From the IMG/VR virus record IMGVR_UViG_3300020048_000024, positions 64,001-128,000 of that record: a DNA stretch of 64,000 nucleotides; one strand, given 5' to 3'. Made by a program: the position numbers and the translations under genes. This DNA comes from a virus. This document shows positions 10,705 to 18,283 of this stretch, in pieces; position 1 is the stretch's first letter, and every line of letters starts with the position of its first letter. The notes below the pieces were generated by a model, which made no database searches, had not been told where the DNA came from, and saw only the letters and a program-made list of their open reading frames with translations.

Positions 10705-11390
10705 GCTGATTTCAAAAGTGCGGAATCTATAAAAACTGGATCAGTTATTACCAATGTACCATCTGATCTAGCCATAACGTTGGCATCGTGAAGATCGGGT
10801 TCAAAATTTCCAGATTTTATCAATGTTTTTGCTATGTCTAGGGCGTCGATCCATTGAGGATGAGTTGATCCCCAATTTATATAAAAGCTACTATCTTTAT
10901 ATTTTGGACTTTTAGTCATATCGCTTGGCATACCTGTATTTCTTAGTACGCTATTTGACCAATTAATTATTCTTATATCATCACTGTTAGTAATAGGAGT
11001 GAGTTTCTCCATTCTAATAGCTGATACTTCGGGAGTAACAGGAACTATTCGTTTACTAATAAATTTGGGCATGTGTGGATTGTCTGTGTGTTTACGAGCG
11101 GTTGATATCCAAGCAGTATAGGCAGTATCGGTTGAGATAAACACTTTAAGAACATAAGATAATTTTGGATGACTCCATACTGTCCCAAAACCGCCTGAGC
11201 CCAATGGGTGAAATCCATTCTTTAGTAATATATCATGCCATTCAACGCCCATAGGATAAGGACTATCACTATCTCTGATTCTGTTAGGAACAGGCAAATC
11301 TTTGATTTTATTTTTAATACCAACTAGTTCTGTCAATTTTTCTTCATCGATTGAGCTATTGGTTTCGGGCAAGAATTCATGTGATTTCAT
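10701..11390 (-). CDS. Protein-kinase-fold protein (paralog 1)
   Basis: GSGGFGTV Gly loop, VLKV lysine, DLHDAN catalytic loop, TDP; start reassigned to ATG 11390 (MKSHEFLPE), 5 nt after ATAAATA. Confidence 0.75.
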   Translation of the reverse strand: MKSHEFLPETNSSIDEEKLTELVGIKNKIKDLPVPNRIRDSDSPYPMGVEWHDILLKNGFHPLGSGGFGTVWSHPKLSYVLKVFISTDTAYTAWISTARKHTDNPHMPKFISKRIVPVTPEVSAIRMEKLTPITNSDDIRIINWSNSVLRNTGMPSDMTKSPKYKDSSFYINWGSTHPQWIDALDIAKTLIKSGNFEPDLHDANVMARSDGTLVITDPVFIDSALLKSA

Positions 11391-11394
11391 ACTT

Positions 11395-11423
11395 GTATTT
11401 ATCCAAAGTAGTTGACATATGAT
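11395..11423. repeat. 29-bp exact direct repeat, copy 1 (late box on minus strand, TTGACA on plus strand)
   Basis: GTATTTATCCAAAGTAGTTGACATATGAT, identical at 12207-12235. Confidence 0.95.
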
Positions 11424-11543
11424 GATAAGTGGTGGTGATGAATACACAAGACCATCAAATGACTCACAAATTGAATCAATAATTGATAAAGCATTGAAAA
11501 ACTTCAATGATATCGGAGTAATTGAAGTGGCGATTAGTAGACT

Positions 11544-12200
11544 TTAAACTATCCAAGGGTCAATGATCACTGGAGTTCCGTCCGCTCGCGCCATGAAGTT
11601 ATACCCATGTAGGTCTAGTTCATATCCCATTTGATTTGCAATGTCATTAAGTCTGACAATGGTCTTGTAAAATACGTGAACTCCTCTAGGGCCCAGTATA
11701 TTCAAAAGTTTGTCCCATGAATTCTTATATCCCCACACTGGGTACGTTAAAGTTTGTGCCACATCCTCAAAGCTCTCGTTAGCCATTGCTCGATCTGCCA
11801 TTTCTTTGCATAGTTTGCCAATGGCACCAATACTATTCAGACGTTCTTGACGCATCTGTATATAAACATGCCCATTCCAATAGAAACTTTCAAAACCCGA
11901 AAACTTAGGTAGAAATGGATTACTCTTATGATTGTTGCAGTACTTGGCCCAACGAAAGAACATCATATGTTCCTTGGAGAATATAGGCTTAGTATTTTCA
12001 TCATTGGGTGCCAGTGATACATTGTTCTGTGTTCCAAATATCTTAAGTACCAATCCAGTTTCTGGTTCTAGAAATGCGGTTTGATCAACACCCTGACCAA
12101 TCTGCTTATAGCCCTTGTCTATAAGATGATCAACGATAGCTGGATCGGTATCGCTGTATTCGTCTAGTATGGATTCACGTAATATTTCAGATAATTTCAT
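11544..12200 (-). CDS. Protein-kinase-fold protein (paralog 2)
   Basis: GQGVDQTAF, VLKI, DLHGYN, IDP; start reassigned to ATG 12200 (MKLSEILRE). Confidence 0.7.
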   Translation of the reverse strand: MKLSEILRESILDEYSDTDPAIVDHLIDKGYKQIGQGVDQTAFLEPETGLVLKIFGTQNNVSLAPNDENTKPIFSKEHMMFFRWAKYCNNHKSNPFLPKFSGFESFYWNGHVYIQMRQERLNSIGAIGKLCKEMADRAMANESFEDVAQTLTYPVWGYKNSWDKLLNILGPRGVHVFYKTIVRLNDIANQMGYELDLHGYNFMARADGTPVIIDPWIV

Positions 12201-12206
12201 TATGTA

Positions 12207-12235
12207 GTATTTATCCAAAGTAGTTGACATATGAT
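12207..12235. repeat. 29-bp exact direct repeat, copy 2
   Basis: Identical to 11395-11423; here TTGACA(12224)-17-TATACT(12247) forms a sigma70 promoter. Confidence 0.95.
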
Positions 12236-12258
12236 ATTCATTACAGTATACTTATAAA

Positions 12259-12444
12259 ATGAGCACAGAAAATTTATTTGATTTTACAAACGTACCTCAG
12301 TCTAAAAAACGGAAAACCATCATCGACGATGTTCGTAATATATTGATTGTGGAATTCTTGGGAGATAAATCCGGAGAATTGCAAGCTAAAAAACTATTCG
12401 AAGAACTAGTGGGTCGTGGTTTAAAAGTGAAGATAATGTCATGA
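12259..12444 (+). CDS. Small hypothetical protein coupled to the ABC-GNAT gene
   Basis: ATGA overlap with the next ORF; directly after a sigma70 promoter. Confidence 0.7.
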   Translation: MSTENLFDFTNVPQSKKRKTIIDDVRNILIVEFLGDKSGELQAKKLFEELVGRGLKVKIMS

Positions 12445-13553
12445 GAACATATGAATTAACATTAAAATGTGATGCGCCAACTGACTTCTATTGTGTCAAA
12501 GCAGCCAACTCGGTTGACTTAGATATTGATAAGAAATTAACACATAATATTAAGATTAGAGCTGATCTTGACACTCCGTACAATGTCGGTCTTATCATTG
12601 GAGCAAGTGGATCAGGTAAGACTACTCTTGCTAAACATATTTGGGGCAACGATTGCTTTGATACACTACTAAAGCCAGACACAGCAGTTATCTCACAGTT
12701 TGATGAATCATATAGCTATGATGAACGAGTGGCATTCTTAAGCGGAGTTGGGCTAGCATCACCCACTTGTTGGATTGCCCCAGCTAAGACATTAAGTAAC
12801 GGTCAACAAGCAAGAGCAGAAGCTGCATTACAAATGGCTAGATTAGACGGTAAGTTTACAGTCATTGATGAATTTACTAGTGTAGTAGATAGAACTGTAG
12901 CCAAAGCAATGGCACATGCGGTACAAAAACATGCACGAAAAACAGGCAAGACCATAGCACTGCTCAGTTGTCACTATGATGTATTAGAATGGTTGAACCC
13001 AGATTGGATCATCGATTGTAATACCCAAGAGTACACTGACCGGAGGTCACTTTGTCGAGGGTTTACCAGAACCGAAGAGCTTGTTTTTGGGATTAGACAA
13101 CTCATTGACAACAAAAGTTGGAAAGTCTTTAGTAAGTATCACTATCTAAGCGACACTCTACCACCAGGGAAAAACTATAGTTTTGGATTGTTTAGTGGAG
13201 ATAATCAGATTGGATTCTGTGCCTTTTCAAATTATGTAATGTGGAAACAAGAACACAAAGATAAGGGTATTCCAATGGTATTACACGCTAATCGAATTGT
13301 AATTCATCCTGATTATTGTGGGTTCGGTTTGGGTGGCAAGTTTACTGATATATGTGCTGATCACTTACAGAATGAAATGGGCTTTGACGTTCAGATCAAA
13401 TTGAGCAGTGCTAGTATGGCTATTTCCCTTAAACGAAATCCACGTTGGGAACTAAGAGAAGTTAAACGAAACATTCATAATATCTGGAGCAATCACGAGA
13501 ATCGTAAGGGTAGAATGGATGTAAAAACGTGGTCATTTAAGTTTCTTGGCTAA
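12441..13553 (+). CDS. ABC-type ATPase fused to GNAT acetyltransferase
   Basis: GASGSGKT, LSNGQ signature, VIDEF, SCH H-loop; C-terminal KYHYL and IVIHPDYCGFGLG acetyl-CoA motif. Confidence 0.85.
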   Translation: MRTYELTLKCDAPTDFYCVKAANSVDLDIDKKLTHNIKIRADLDTPYNVGLIIGASGSGKTTLAKHIWGNDCFDTLLKPDTAVISQFDESYSYDERVAFLSGVGLASPTCWIAPAKTLSNGQQARAEAALQMARLDGKFTVIDEFTSVVDRTVAKAMAHAVQKHARKTGKTIALLSCHYDVLEWLNPDWIIDCNTQEYTDRRSLCRGFTRTEELVFGIRQLIDNKSWKVFSKYHYLSDTLPPGKNYSFGLFSGDNQIGFCAFSNYVMWKQEHKDKGIPMVLHANRIVIHPDYCGFGLGGKFTDICADHLQNEMGFDVQIKLSSASMAISLKRNPRWELREVKRNIHNIWSNHENRKGRMDVKTWSFKFLG

Positions 13554-13564
13554 TCCAAATTCTA

Positions 13565-13593
13565 TTGACAATAATGATAAATATGTGTATACT
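13565..13593 (+). promoter_or_regulatory. sigma70 promoter with embedded late box, upstream of tmRNA
   Basis: TTGACA-17-TATACT with ATAAATA inside the spacer. Confidence 0.75.
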
Positions 13594-13599
13594 ATGTTT

Positions 13600-13930
13600 T
13601 TAAAGAATTGTTGTAAACCCTGAGTAATCAGGACAGAAGTAAAGAGAAAAGTGTTCAAGACGAGGGTTCGATTCCCTCCTTCTCCACCAAAAGTATACTG
13701 GTTCTCATCCACGTCCAAGAGTATGAGATAATAGTTGTGACGTACTTCCAGTATATTTCTGATGGGGAAGACCAGGTTTCGATTGGGCAAAGAGTAACGG
13801 AATGGACAACTCGACACAGATAGTCGTAAAAAGTAAACAACCAATAAAAGCAAACGAAGATAGCTTTGTAGCAGAACGCTTAGCGGCGTGATCACTACCG
13901 AGGTAGGAAATACCTTGTAACCAAAATCAC
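13600..13930 (+). ncRNA. ssrA: Circularly permuted (two-piece) tmRNA; tag (A)ANEDSFVAERLAA
   Basis: The 3' tRNA-like piece (GAGGGTTCGATTCCCTC CTTCTCCACCA, ends 13689) precedes the 5' piece GGGGAAG (13764); acceptor stem has G3:U70; stem-forming intervening segment; tag codons 13850-13891. Outer ends approximate. Confidence 0.92.
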
Positions 13931-13931
13931 C

Positions 13932-13958
13932 AAATAGGAACTTCGGTTCCTATTTTTA
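13932..13958. terminator. Bidirectional intrinsic terminator
   Basis: AAATAGGAAC-TTCG-GTTCCTATTT followed by T-run, between convergent units. Confidence 0.85.
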
Positions 13959-14504
13959 TTTACGACGCGGTGGTGGCGGAGCAGATGGTCTTTGTACGTG
14001 AACCGGTCTTTGTGGAGGCGGAGCAGATGGTCTTTGTACGTGAATTGGTCTTTGTGGCGGCGGAGCAGATGGTCTTTGAGTGTGACGAACAGGTTCATTA
14101 TAACGCTGAACAGCTCCACGATAATTACCTTGACCGTAGCCGCCGCTAAACTGAGGATTTCCCACCCAGTAGTACGGAGTCCATTGTAAGAATTGTTGAC
14201 GAAGTGGAGGATACCACCAGCGATTGATCCACCAAAATGGAGCTGGCCATCCAACAATAATTGGAGGCATATATTGAATTGCTTCTTCTGGCGGAATGGA
14301 TCTAGGATCATCACCGGGAACAAAATTTTGTGGAATATCATTAACAATCATATTTTCTGGAGGAGAATCTGCCGACTGTGCTTTTGAATCATTAGTGGCA
14401 CCGAGACCAAGTCCAGTAGCAGCCGCTCCGACTGCTCCTTTTAGAAACCCACGACGACTAATTTCGTCTAGTTCTTGTTCTACTAATATTTCGCTTATTT
14501 TCAT
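13956..14504 (-). CDS. Pro-rich protein with MKISEIL leader and twin-arginine signal
   Basis: MKISEILVEQELDE-ISRRGFLKG followed by an Ala/Gly-rich h-region; three 14-aa repeats at the C-terminus. Confidence 0.75.
   Translation of the reverse strand: MKISEILVEQELDEISRRGFLKGAVGAAATGLGLGATNDSKAQSADSPPENMIVNDIPQNFVPGDDPRSIPPEEAIQYMPPIIVGWPAPFWWINRWWYPPLRQQFLQWTPYYWVGNPQFSGGYGQGNYRGAVQRYNEPVRHTQRPSAPPPQRPIHVQRPSAPPPQRPVHVQRPSAPPPPRRK
13970..14085 (-). repeat. Three tandem 42-bp repeats (HVQRPSAPPPQRP)
   Basis: GGAGCAGATGGTCTTTG at 13978, 14020 and 14062. Confidence 0.9.
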
Positions 14505-14567
14505 TTTATTCCTTCTATACTATATTTAGTCATTGACAATAAATATAGTATATGTTAGAGTATCATT

Positions 14568-14822
14568 ATGAAAATAGATAAAAGTTCTGATTGGCATTTG
14601 GTAGACTTAGAGTTTAACAGTCAGATTAGTGCGTTGAACTTTAATGCTGATCTAAATAAAATGAAACGTAATTTAGAAAAAATGGTTACAGAATTGAACA
14701 AGTCTGAAGTTGAGGCTCGTAGACTCAAGACAAATAAATATATACAGCCTAAGATAGACGAGATAAATATAGCAATAGATCAATTAGAAAAATGGATCAT
14801 TGTACTTATATTACGACAATAA
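14568..14822 (+). CDS. Hypothetical coiled-coil protein
   Basis: ORF after TTGACA(14533). Confidence 0.65.
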   Translation: MKIDKSSDWHLVDLEFNSQISALNFNADLNKMKRNLEKMVTELNKSEVEARRLKTNKYIQPKIDEINIAIDQLEKWIIVLILRQ

Positions 14823-14834
14823 CGGAGAAATAAA

Positions 14835-14984
14835 ATGAATACATATTGGGCAAATGTTAAAACTGGAATCGGTGGTTTTATCAAGGTAACTGTACAAGCA
14901 GACAATGCTTATATTGCTGGGGAAATCCTTAAAAATACATACGGATCGAATTTAATGACTGGGCCCGCTCTAGTAACTCATTAA
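14835..14984 (+). CDS. Small hypothetical protein (49 aa, not in ORF track)
   Basis: GGAG RBS; MNTYWANVKTG... Confidence 0.65.
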   Translation: MNTYWANVKTGIGGFIKVTVQADNAYIAGEILKNTYGSNLMTGPALVTH

Positions 14985-14985
14985 T

Positions 14986-15039
14986 TGTTGCAAAAATACA
15001 ACATAATATATTGACATTAAACCCATTATAGCTTATAAT
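14986..15039 (+). promoter_or_regulatory. TGTTG-N8-CAACA palindrome plus sigma70 promoter
   Basis: Palindrome 14986-15003, 7 bp gap, TTGACA(15011)-17-TATAAT. Confidence 0.85.
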
Positions 15040-15069
15040 GGTTTTACAGTAACAGAAACGGAGTAAAAA

Positions 15070-15267
15070 ATGTCAGATAATAAAATTGATCGTACTGAAT
15101 ACGATATGTTGTTTCCATCCGCTCAAGAATTCAAAACTTGGGTCGAAAATCAAGAGCTTATGGCCGTTCGTGCCGAACTCAAGCGCCGCTTAACTGCTGC
15201 CATAGCTGAAAACGCTCGTAAATACGCTAAAGAAGACTTTAGCCCATTTAACACGATTAATAGCTAA
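15070..15267 (+). CDS. Early hypothetical protein
   Basis: GGAG RBS; follows a promoter. Confidence 0.75.
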   Translation: MSDNKIDRTEYDMLFPSAQEFKTWVENQELMAVRAELKRRLTAAIAENARKYAKEDFSPFNTINS

Positions 15268-15346
15268 TGTTGTGTAAAAACAACACTTTTTATTGACAAT
15301 AAATCCATATTCCTGTATAATATACACATACACTAGAGAAAAGGAA
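15268..15346 (+). promoter_or_regulatory. Palindrome plus sigma70 promoter plus CA-rich leader
   Basis: TGTTG-N8-CAACA, 7 bp gap, TTGACA(15293)-17-TATAAT, ACACATACACTAGAGAAAAGGA. Confidence 0.85.
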
Positions 15347-15352
15347 GTAAAA

Positions 15353-15505
15353 ATGTTCAAGCTAATTTATGTCGCTACTAAAGCCGATTTCACTAAACAA
15401 GGTGAAGTTCTCACGTTTCCCACTCAACGGGCAGCCGAACATTATGTTCATTTTTATCATATGAATCATTCAAACTATAATGTGCAAGTTGAGTCTGTCA
15501 AATAA
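15353..15505 (+). CDS. Early hypothetical protein
   Basis: AAGGA RBS; start reassigned to ATG 15353. Confidence 0.65.
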   Translation: MFKLIYVATKADFTKQGEVLTFPTQRAAEHYVHFYHMNHSNYNVQVESVK

Positions 15506-15510
15506 TTGGC

Positions 15511-15539
15511 TTGACAATAAATCCATTTTCCTGTAAAAT
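15511..15539 (+). promoter_or_regulatory. sigma70 promoter
   Basis: TTGACA-17-TAAAAT, near copy of the 15293 promoter. Confidence 0.8.
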
Positions 15540-15572
15540 ACACACATACACTCAAAAAACAAGGAACTAAAC

Positions 15573-15800
15573 ATGAATCAAAAAGTCGCTCAAGCACTTT
15601 CCGCTCAGTTTCAGATCAAAATGACTGACGCTGCCGATGTTCAGTATCATGCCGGTCTTGCTAAACGCCGTCTGGAGACTGCCTTAGAAAATGCTCGTTT
15701 AGCATGGGAATCAATCATCGATGACGAGCGGGCATTACGCGCTCTTTACGTAGGTCGTCTTGAGGGCTGGAAGGGAAAATCTTGGTATACTGGCGTTTAA
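15573..15800 (+). CDS. Early hypothetical protein
   Basis: AAGGA RBS. Confidence 0.7.
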   Translation: MNQKVAQALSAQFQIKMTDAADVQYHAGLAKRRLETALENARLAWESIIDDERALRALYVGRLEGWKGKSWYTGV

Positions 15801-15843
15801 GCGGTATTCAATCAGCACACACACACACATAAAGGAATTTAAA

Positions 15844-16110
15844 ATGAAAGCAAAAATCACTCTTTTGTATTACACGGATCCTGGTCATGGCTGGCTTCGC
15901 GTGCCGCTTAAAACTCTCACTAAACTGGGCATCGCCGATAAAATCACTTCGTTTTCGTATCAACGAACCGAGTATGCTTATCTTGAAGAAGATCAAGATA
16001 TGACAACTTTTCTTTTGGCTATGAATGAAAAGGGCGTTGAAGTTACTCGTAAAAATCGCAACACTGATCGCGAATCTCGTATTCGTAAGTATGAGTCATA
16101 CGTAGTTTAA
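15844..16110 (+). CDS. Hypothetical phage protein (DPGHGWL...YLEED motif)
   Basis: AAGGA RBS after a CA run; start reassigned. Confidence 0.7.
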   Translation: MKAKITLLYYTDPGHGWLRVPLKTLTKLGIADKITSFSYQRTEYAYLEEDQDMTTFLLAMNEKGVEVTRKNRNTDRESRIRKYESYVV

Positions 16111-16135
16111 TCTGTCACACTCAAAGGATTCCACA

Positions 16136-16354
16136 ATGAATGCAGTTTATTTGCTAATGATGCGTTATACTCTTGACGGCGAAACGGCACTTGATGATGT
16201 TGATATTGATCAAGTGGGTAACATGGTCATTGGCGTATATCTTTCTCAAGAAAACGCAGTTGCCGAAATGGTAAAAACTAAAAAAGAATCTCAGAATCAA
16301 GATGACGTAGAATACTACGTTGACTATAAACAAATTCGTGATTCAGTAGCTTAA
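16136..16354 (+). CDS. Hypothetical protein
   Basis: AAGGA RBS. Confidence 0.65.
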   Translation: MNAVYLLMMRYTLDGETALDDVDIDQVGNMVIGVYLSQENAVAEMVKTKKESQNQDDVEYYVDYKQIRDSVA

Positions 16355-16367
16355 TCGGATTTGAAGA

Positions 16368-16619
16368 ATGAACGAACGAATCGACAAACTGATCGAACAA
16401 TGCACCGTTCAGAACTTTTCTGATTGCATAGGTGGGTATGAAACTTTCGATAAAGAAAAGTTCGCTGAGTTGTTAATCAGAGAATGTCTTGATATCGTTG
16501 ATAGTAGAAATGGATGGATCAATGATGAAAATCAGGATAGTCAGTTTGTGTATGGTTACGAAACGGCTATTCGTCATTGTTCTGTGTTTATCAAAGCACA
16601 TTTTGGAGTTGAAGAATGA
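16368..16619 (+). CDS. MNERI...EKFAEL...HFGVEE family, paralog 1
   Basis: Shared motifs with 16616 and 59799. Confidence 0.8.
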   Translation: MNERIDKLIEQCTVQNFSDCIGGYETFDKEKFAELLIRECLDIVDSRNGWINDENQDSQFVYGYETAIRHCSVFIKAHFGVEE

Positions 16620-16912
16620 ACGAACGAATTAGACAACTTGCCGATCGAGCGCATGTAACTGTTCTTACAACAAAAGGCATGGAGAACGTTTTAGACGGTT
16701 GTTACCTTGTTTCCCCAGATAAATTACAAGAGTTCGCCGAGTTGATTGTGAAAGAATGTGCTAGTATGGCGGCAAACTTTTCTATGGAGAACAAACGCTT
16801 TCATCCTGACAGCGACCCTGTTAATATGCCGATTGGTCAACGTATGGTGTATCATTCTACTTGCCAATCAGTCTCTTATGAGATTAAACAACATTTTGGA
16901 GTTGAACTATGA
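16616..16912 (+). CDS. MNERI family, paralog 2
   Basis: Shared motifs; ATGA coupling. Confidence 0.8.
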   Translation: MNERIRQLADRAHVTVLTTKGMENVLDGCYLVSPDKLQEFAELIVKECASMAANFSMENKRFHPDSDPVNMPIGQRMVYHSTCQSVSYEIKQHFGVEL

Positions 16913-17076
16913 GTTTCATGCGAGAAGCGGTTCGAGAGTGGACTTGGAATGTCGGGCAAGATCGATCAGATCAACAGTGGATTCTTTCTGATTATGATAC
17001 GTGGGAACGTAATCCGCATTATCGTGGACCCGATCAAGGTCATCCGGAAGATGACTATTATGAAGATGAAGAATAA
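16909..17076 (+). CDS. Small acidic Trp-rich protein (55 aa, not in ORF track)
   Basis: ATGA overlap; MSFMREAVREW...NPHYRGPDQGHPEDD. Confidence 0.65.
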   Translation: MSFMREAVREWTWNVGQDRSDQQWILSDYDTWERNPHYRGPDQGHPEDDYYEDEE

Positions 17077-17093
17077 TTCGGTCAATGTAATCA

Positions 17094-17122
17094 TTGACAA
17101 TAAATCGTTTTAGCACTATAAT
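17094..17122 (+). promoter_or_regulatory. sigma70 promoter
   Basis: TTGACA-17-TATAAT. Confidence 0.8.
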
Positions 17123-17155
17123 TACTACTTACTTAATTAATTCAAAGGAATTTAA

Positions 17156-18265
17156 ATGGCCAAGTCAATCACTGACACCCCACTTACCGCTATTAACTCG
17201 GTTCAAGCTAAAAAAGCAATTTTAACGTGCTTTGACGCAGAACTATCTACATTTTTATGGGGACCCCCAGGAATTGGCAAATCAGAATTGGTTGCTGATA
17301 TTGCTAAAAAAGGCGGCGGGCATATCATTGATATGCGTATGGCTCAAATGGAACCTACTGATCTACGTGGAATTCCGTTCTTCAATCAAATTACTAAAAA
17401 AATGGATTGGGCTGACCCATCTGAATTGCCAAGCGAGGAACTCGCTAGTAAATATCCATTCGTCATCTTATTCTTAGATGAAATGAATAGTGCCCCTAGT
17501 ACCGTACAGGGCGCCGCGTATCAATTGATTCTAAATGGTCGAATTGGTACTTATGTAAAACCAAAAAATGTAAAAATTGTAGCGGCTGGTAATCGAGATA
17601 GTGATCGTGGCGTTACTTATCGTATGCCTATGCCATTGGCTAATCGTTTTATTCATCTTGAAATGAAAGCAGATTTTGATTCTTGGCAAGAATGGGCATT
17701 AGAAAATACTATTCATGAGGACGTAATTACATATCTGACATTCGCCAAGCAAGATATGTGGCAATTTGATGCTAAATCTAGCAGCAAAGCATTTGCTACA
17801 CCTCGTTCATGGGCGTTTGTTAGTAAACTTTTACGATCAACTGATGACCCAGATAATCTGATGACATTGATTACTGGTGCTGTAGGCGAAGGATTGGCAG
17901 GAAAATTCATGACTCATCGTCGATTTGCCTCTAAACTTCCTAATCCAGCAGAGATTTTATCTGGAAAAGTAACTACGTTGGAGACAAAAGAAATTTCTGC
18001 TCAATTTTCTTTGACTGTTTCATTGTGCTATGAAATGAAAGATATTTGTGATAATAAACGAGCCAATCGAGCCGAATTTAATCAAATTTTCGATAATTTC
18101 CTTCGTTATATGTTAGATAATTTTGACCCAGAATTGAACATTCTTGGCGGAAAACTTGCTCTTCAGACATATAAACTAGATATGGATGCTACTAAACTTA
18201 AAAACTTTACCGAGTATCATAAAAAGTATGGTCATTTCATCATTCATGCAGTAAAATCTAAGTAA
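17156..18265 (+). CDS. MoxR-like AAA+ ATPase
   Basis: GPPGIGKS, FLDE, AAGN, LANRF, TPRSW. Confidence 0.85.
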   Translation: MAKSITDTPLTAINSVQAKKAILTCFDAELSTFLWGPPGIGKSELVADIAKKGGGHIIDMRMAQMEPTDLRGIPFFNQITKKMDWADPSELPSEELASKYPFVILFLDEMNSAPSTVQGAAYQLILNGRIGTYVKPKNVKIVAAGNRDSDRGVTYRMPMPLANRFIHLEMKADFDSWQEWALENTIHEDVITYLTFAKQDMWQFDAKSSSKAFATPRSWAFVSKLLRSTDDPDNLMTLITGAVGEGLAGKFMTHRRFASKLPNPAEILSGKVTTLETKEISAQFSLTVSLCYEMKDICDNKRANRAEFNQIFDNFLRYMLDNFDPELNILGGKLALQTYKLDMDATKLKNFTEYHKKYGHFIIHAVKSK

Positions 18266-18283
18266 TAATTGACGGAGAACTAA

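Noticed and set aside
11419-11547. 42-codon plus-strand ORF between the kinases
   Set aside because: No RBS or usable -10 box; possibly a remnant, not supportable as a gene
13655-13689. Apparent tRNA 3' half (TTCGATT, CCA)
   Set aside because: No matching 5' acceptor strand upstream; its partner is downstream at 13764, so it is the acceptor piece of a permuted tmRNA
13533-13895. Minus-strand ORFs 13533-13895 and 13655-13840
   Set aside because: They are antisense shadows of the tmRNA gene
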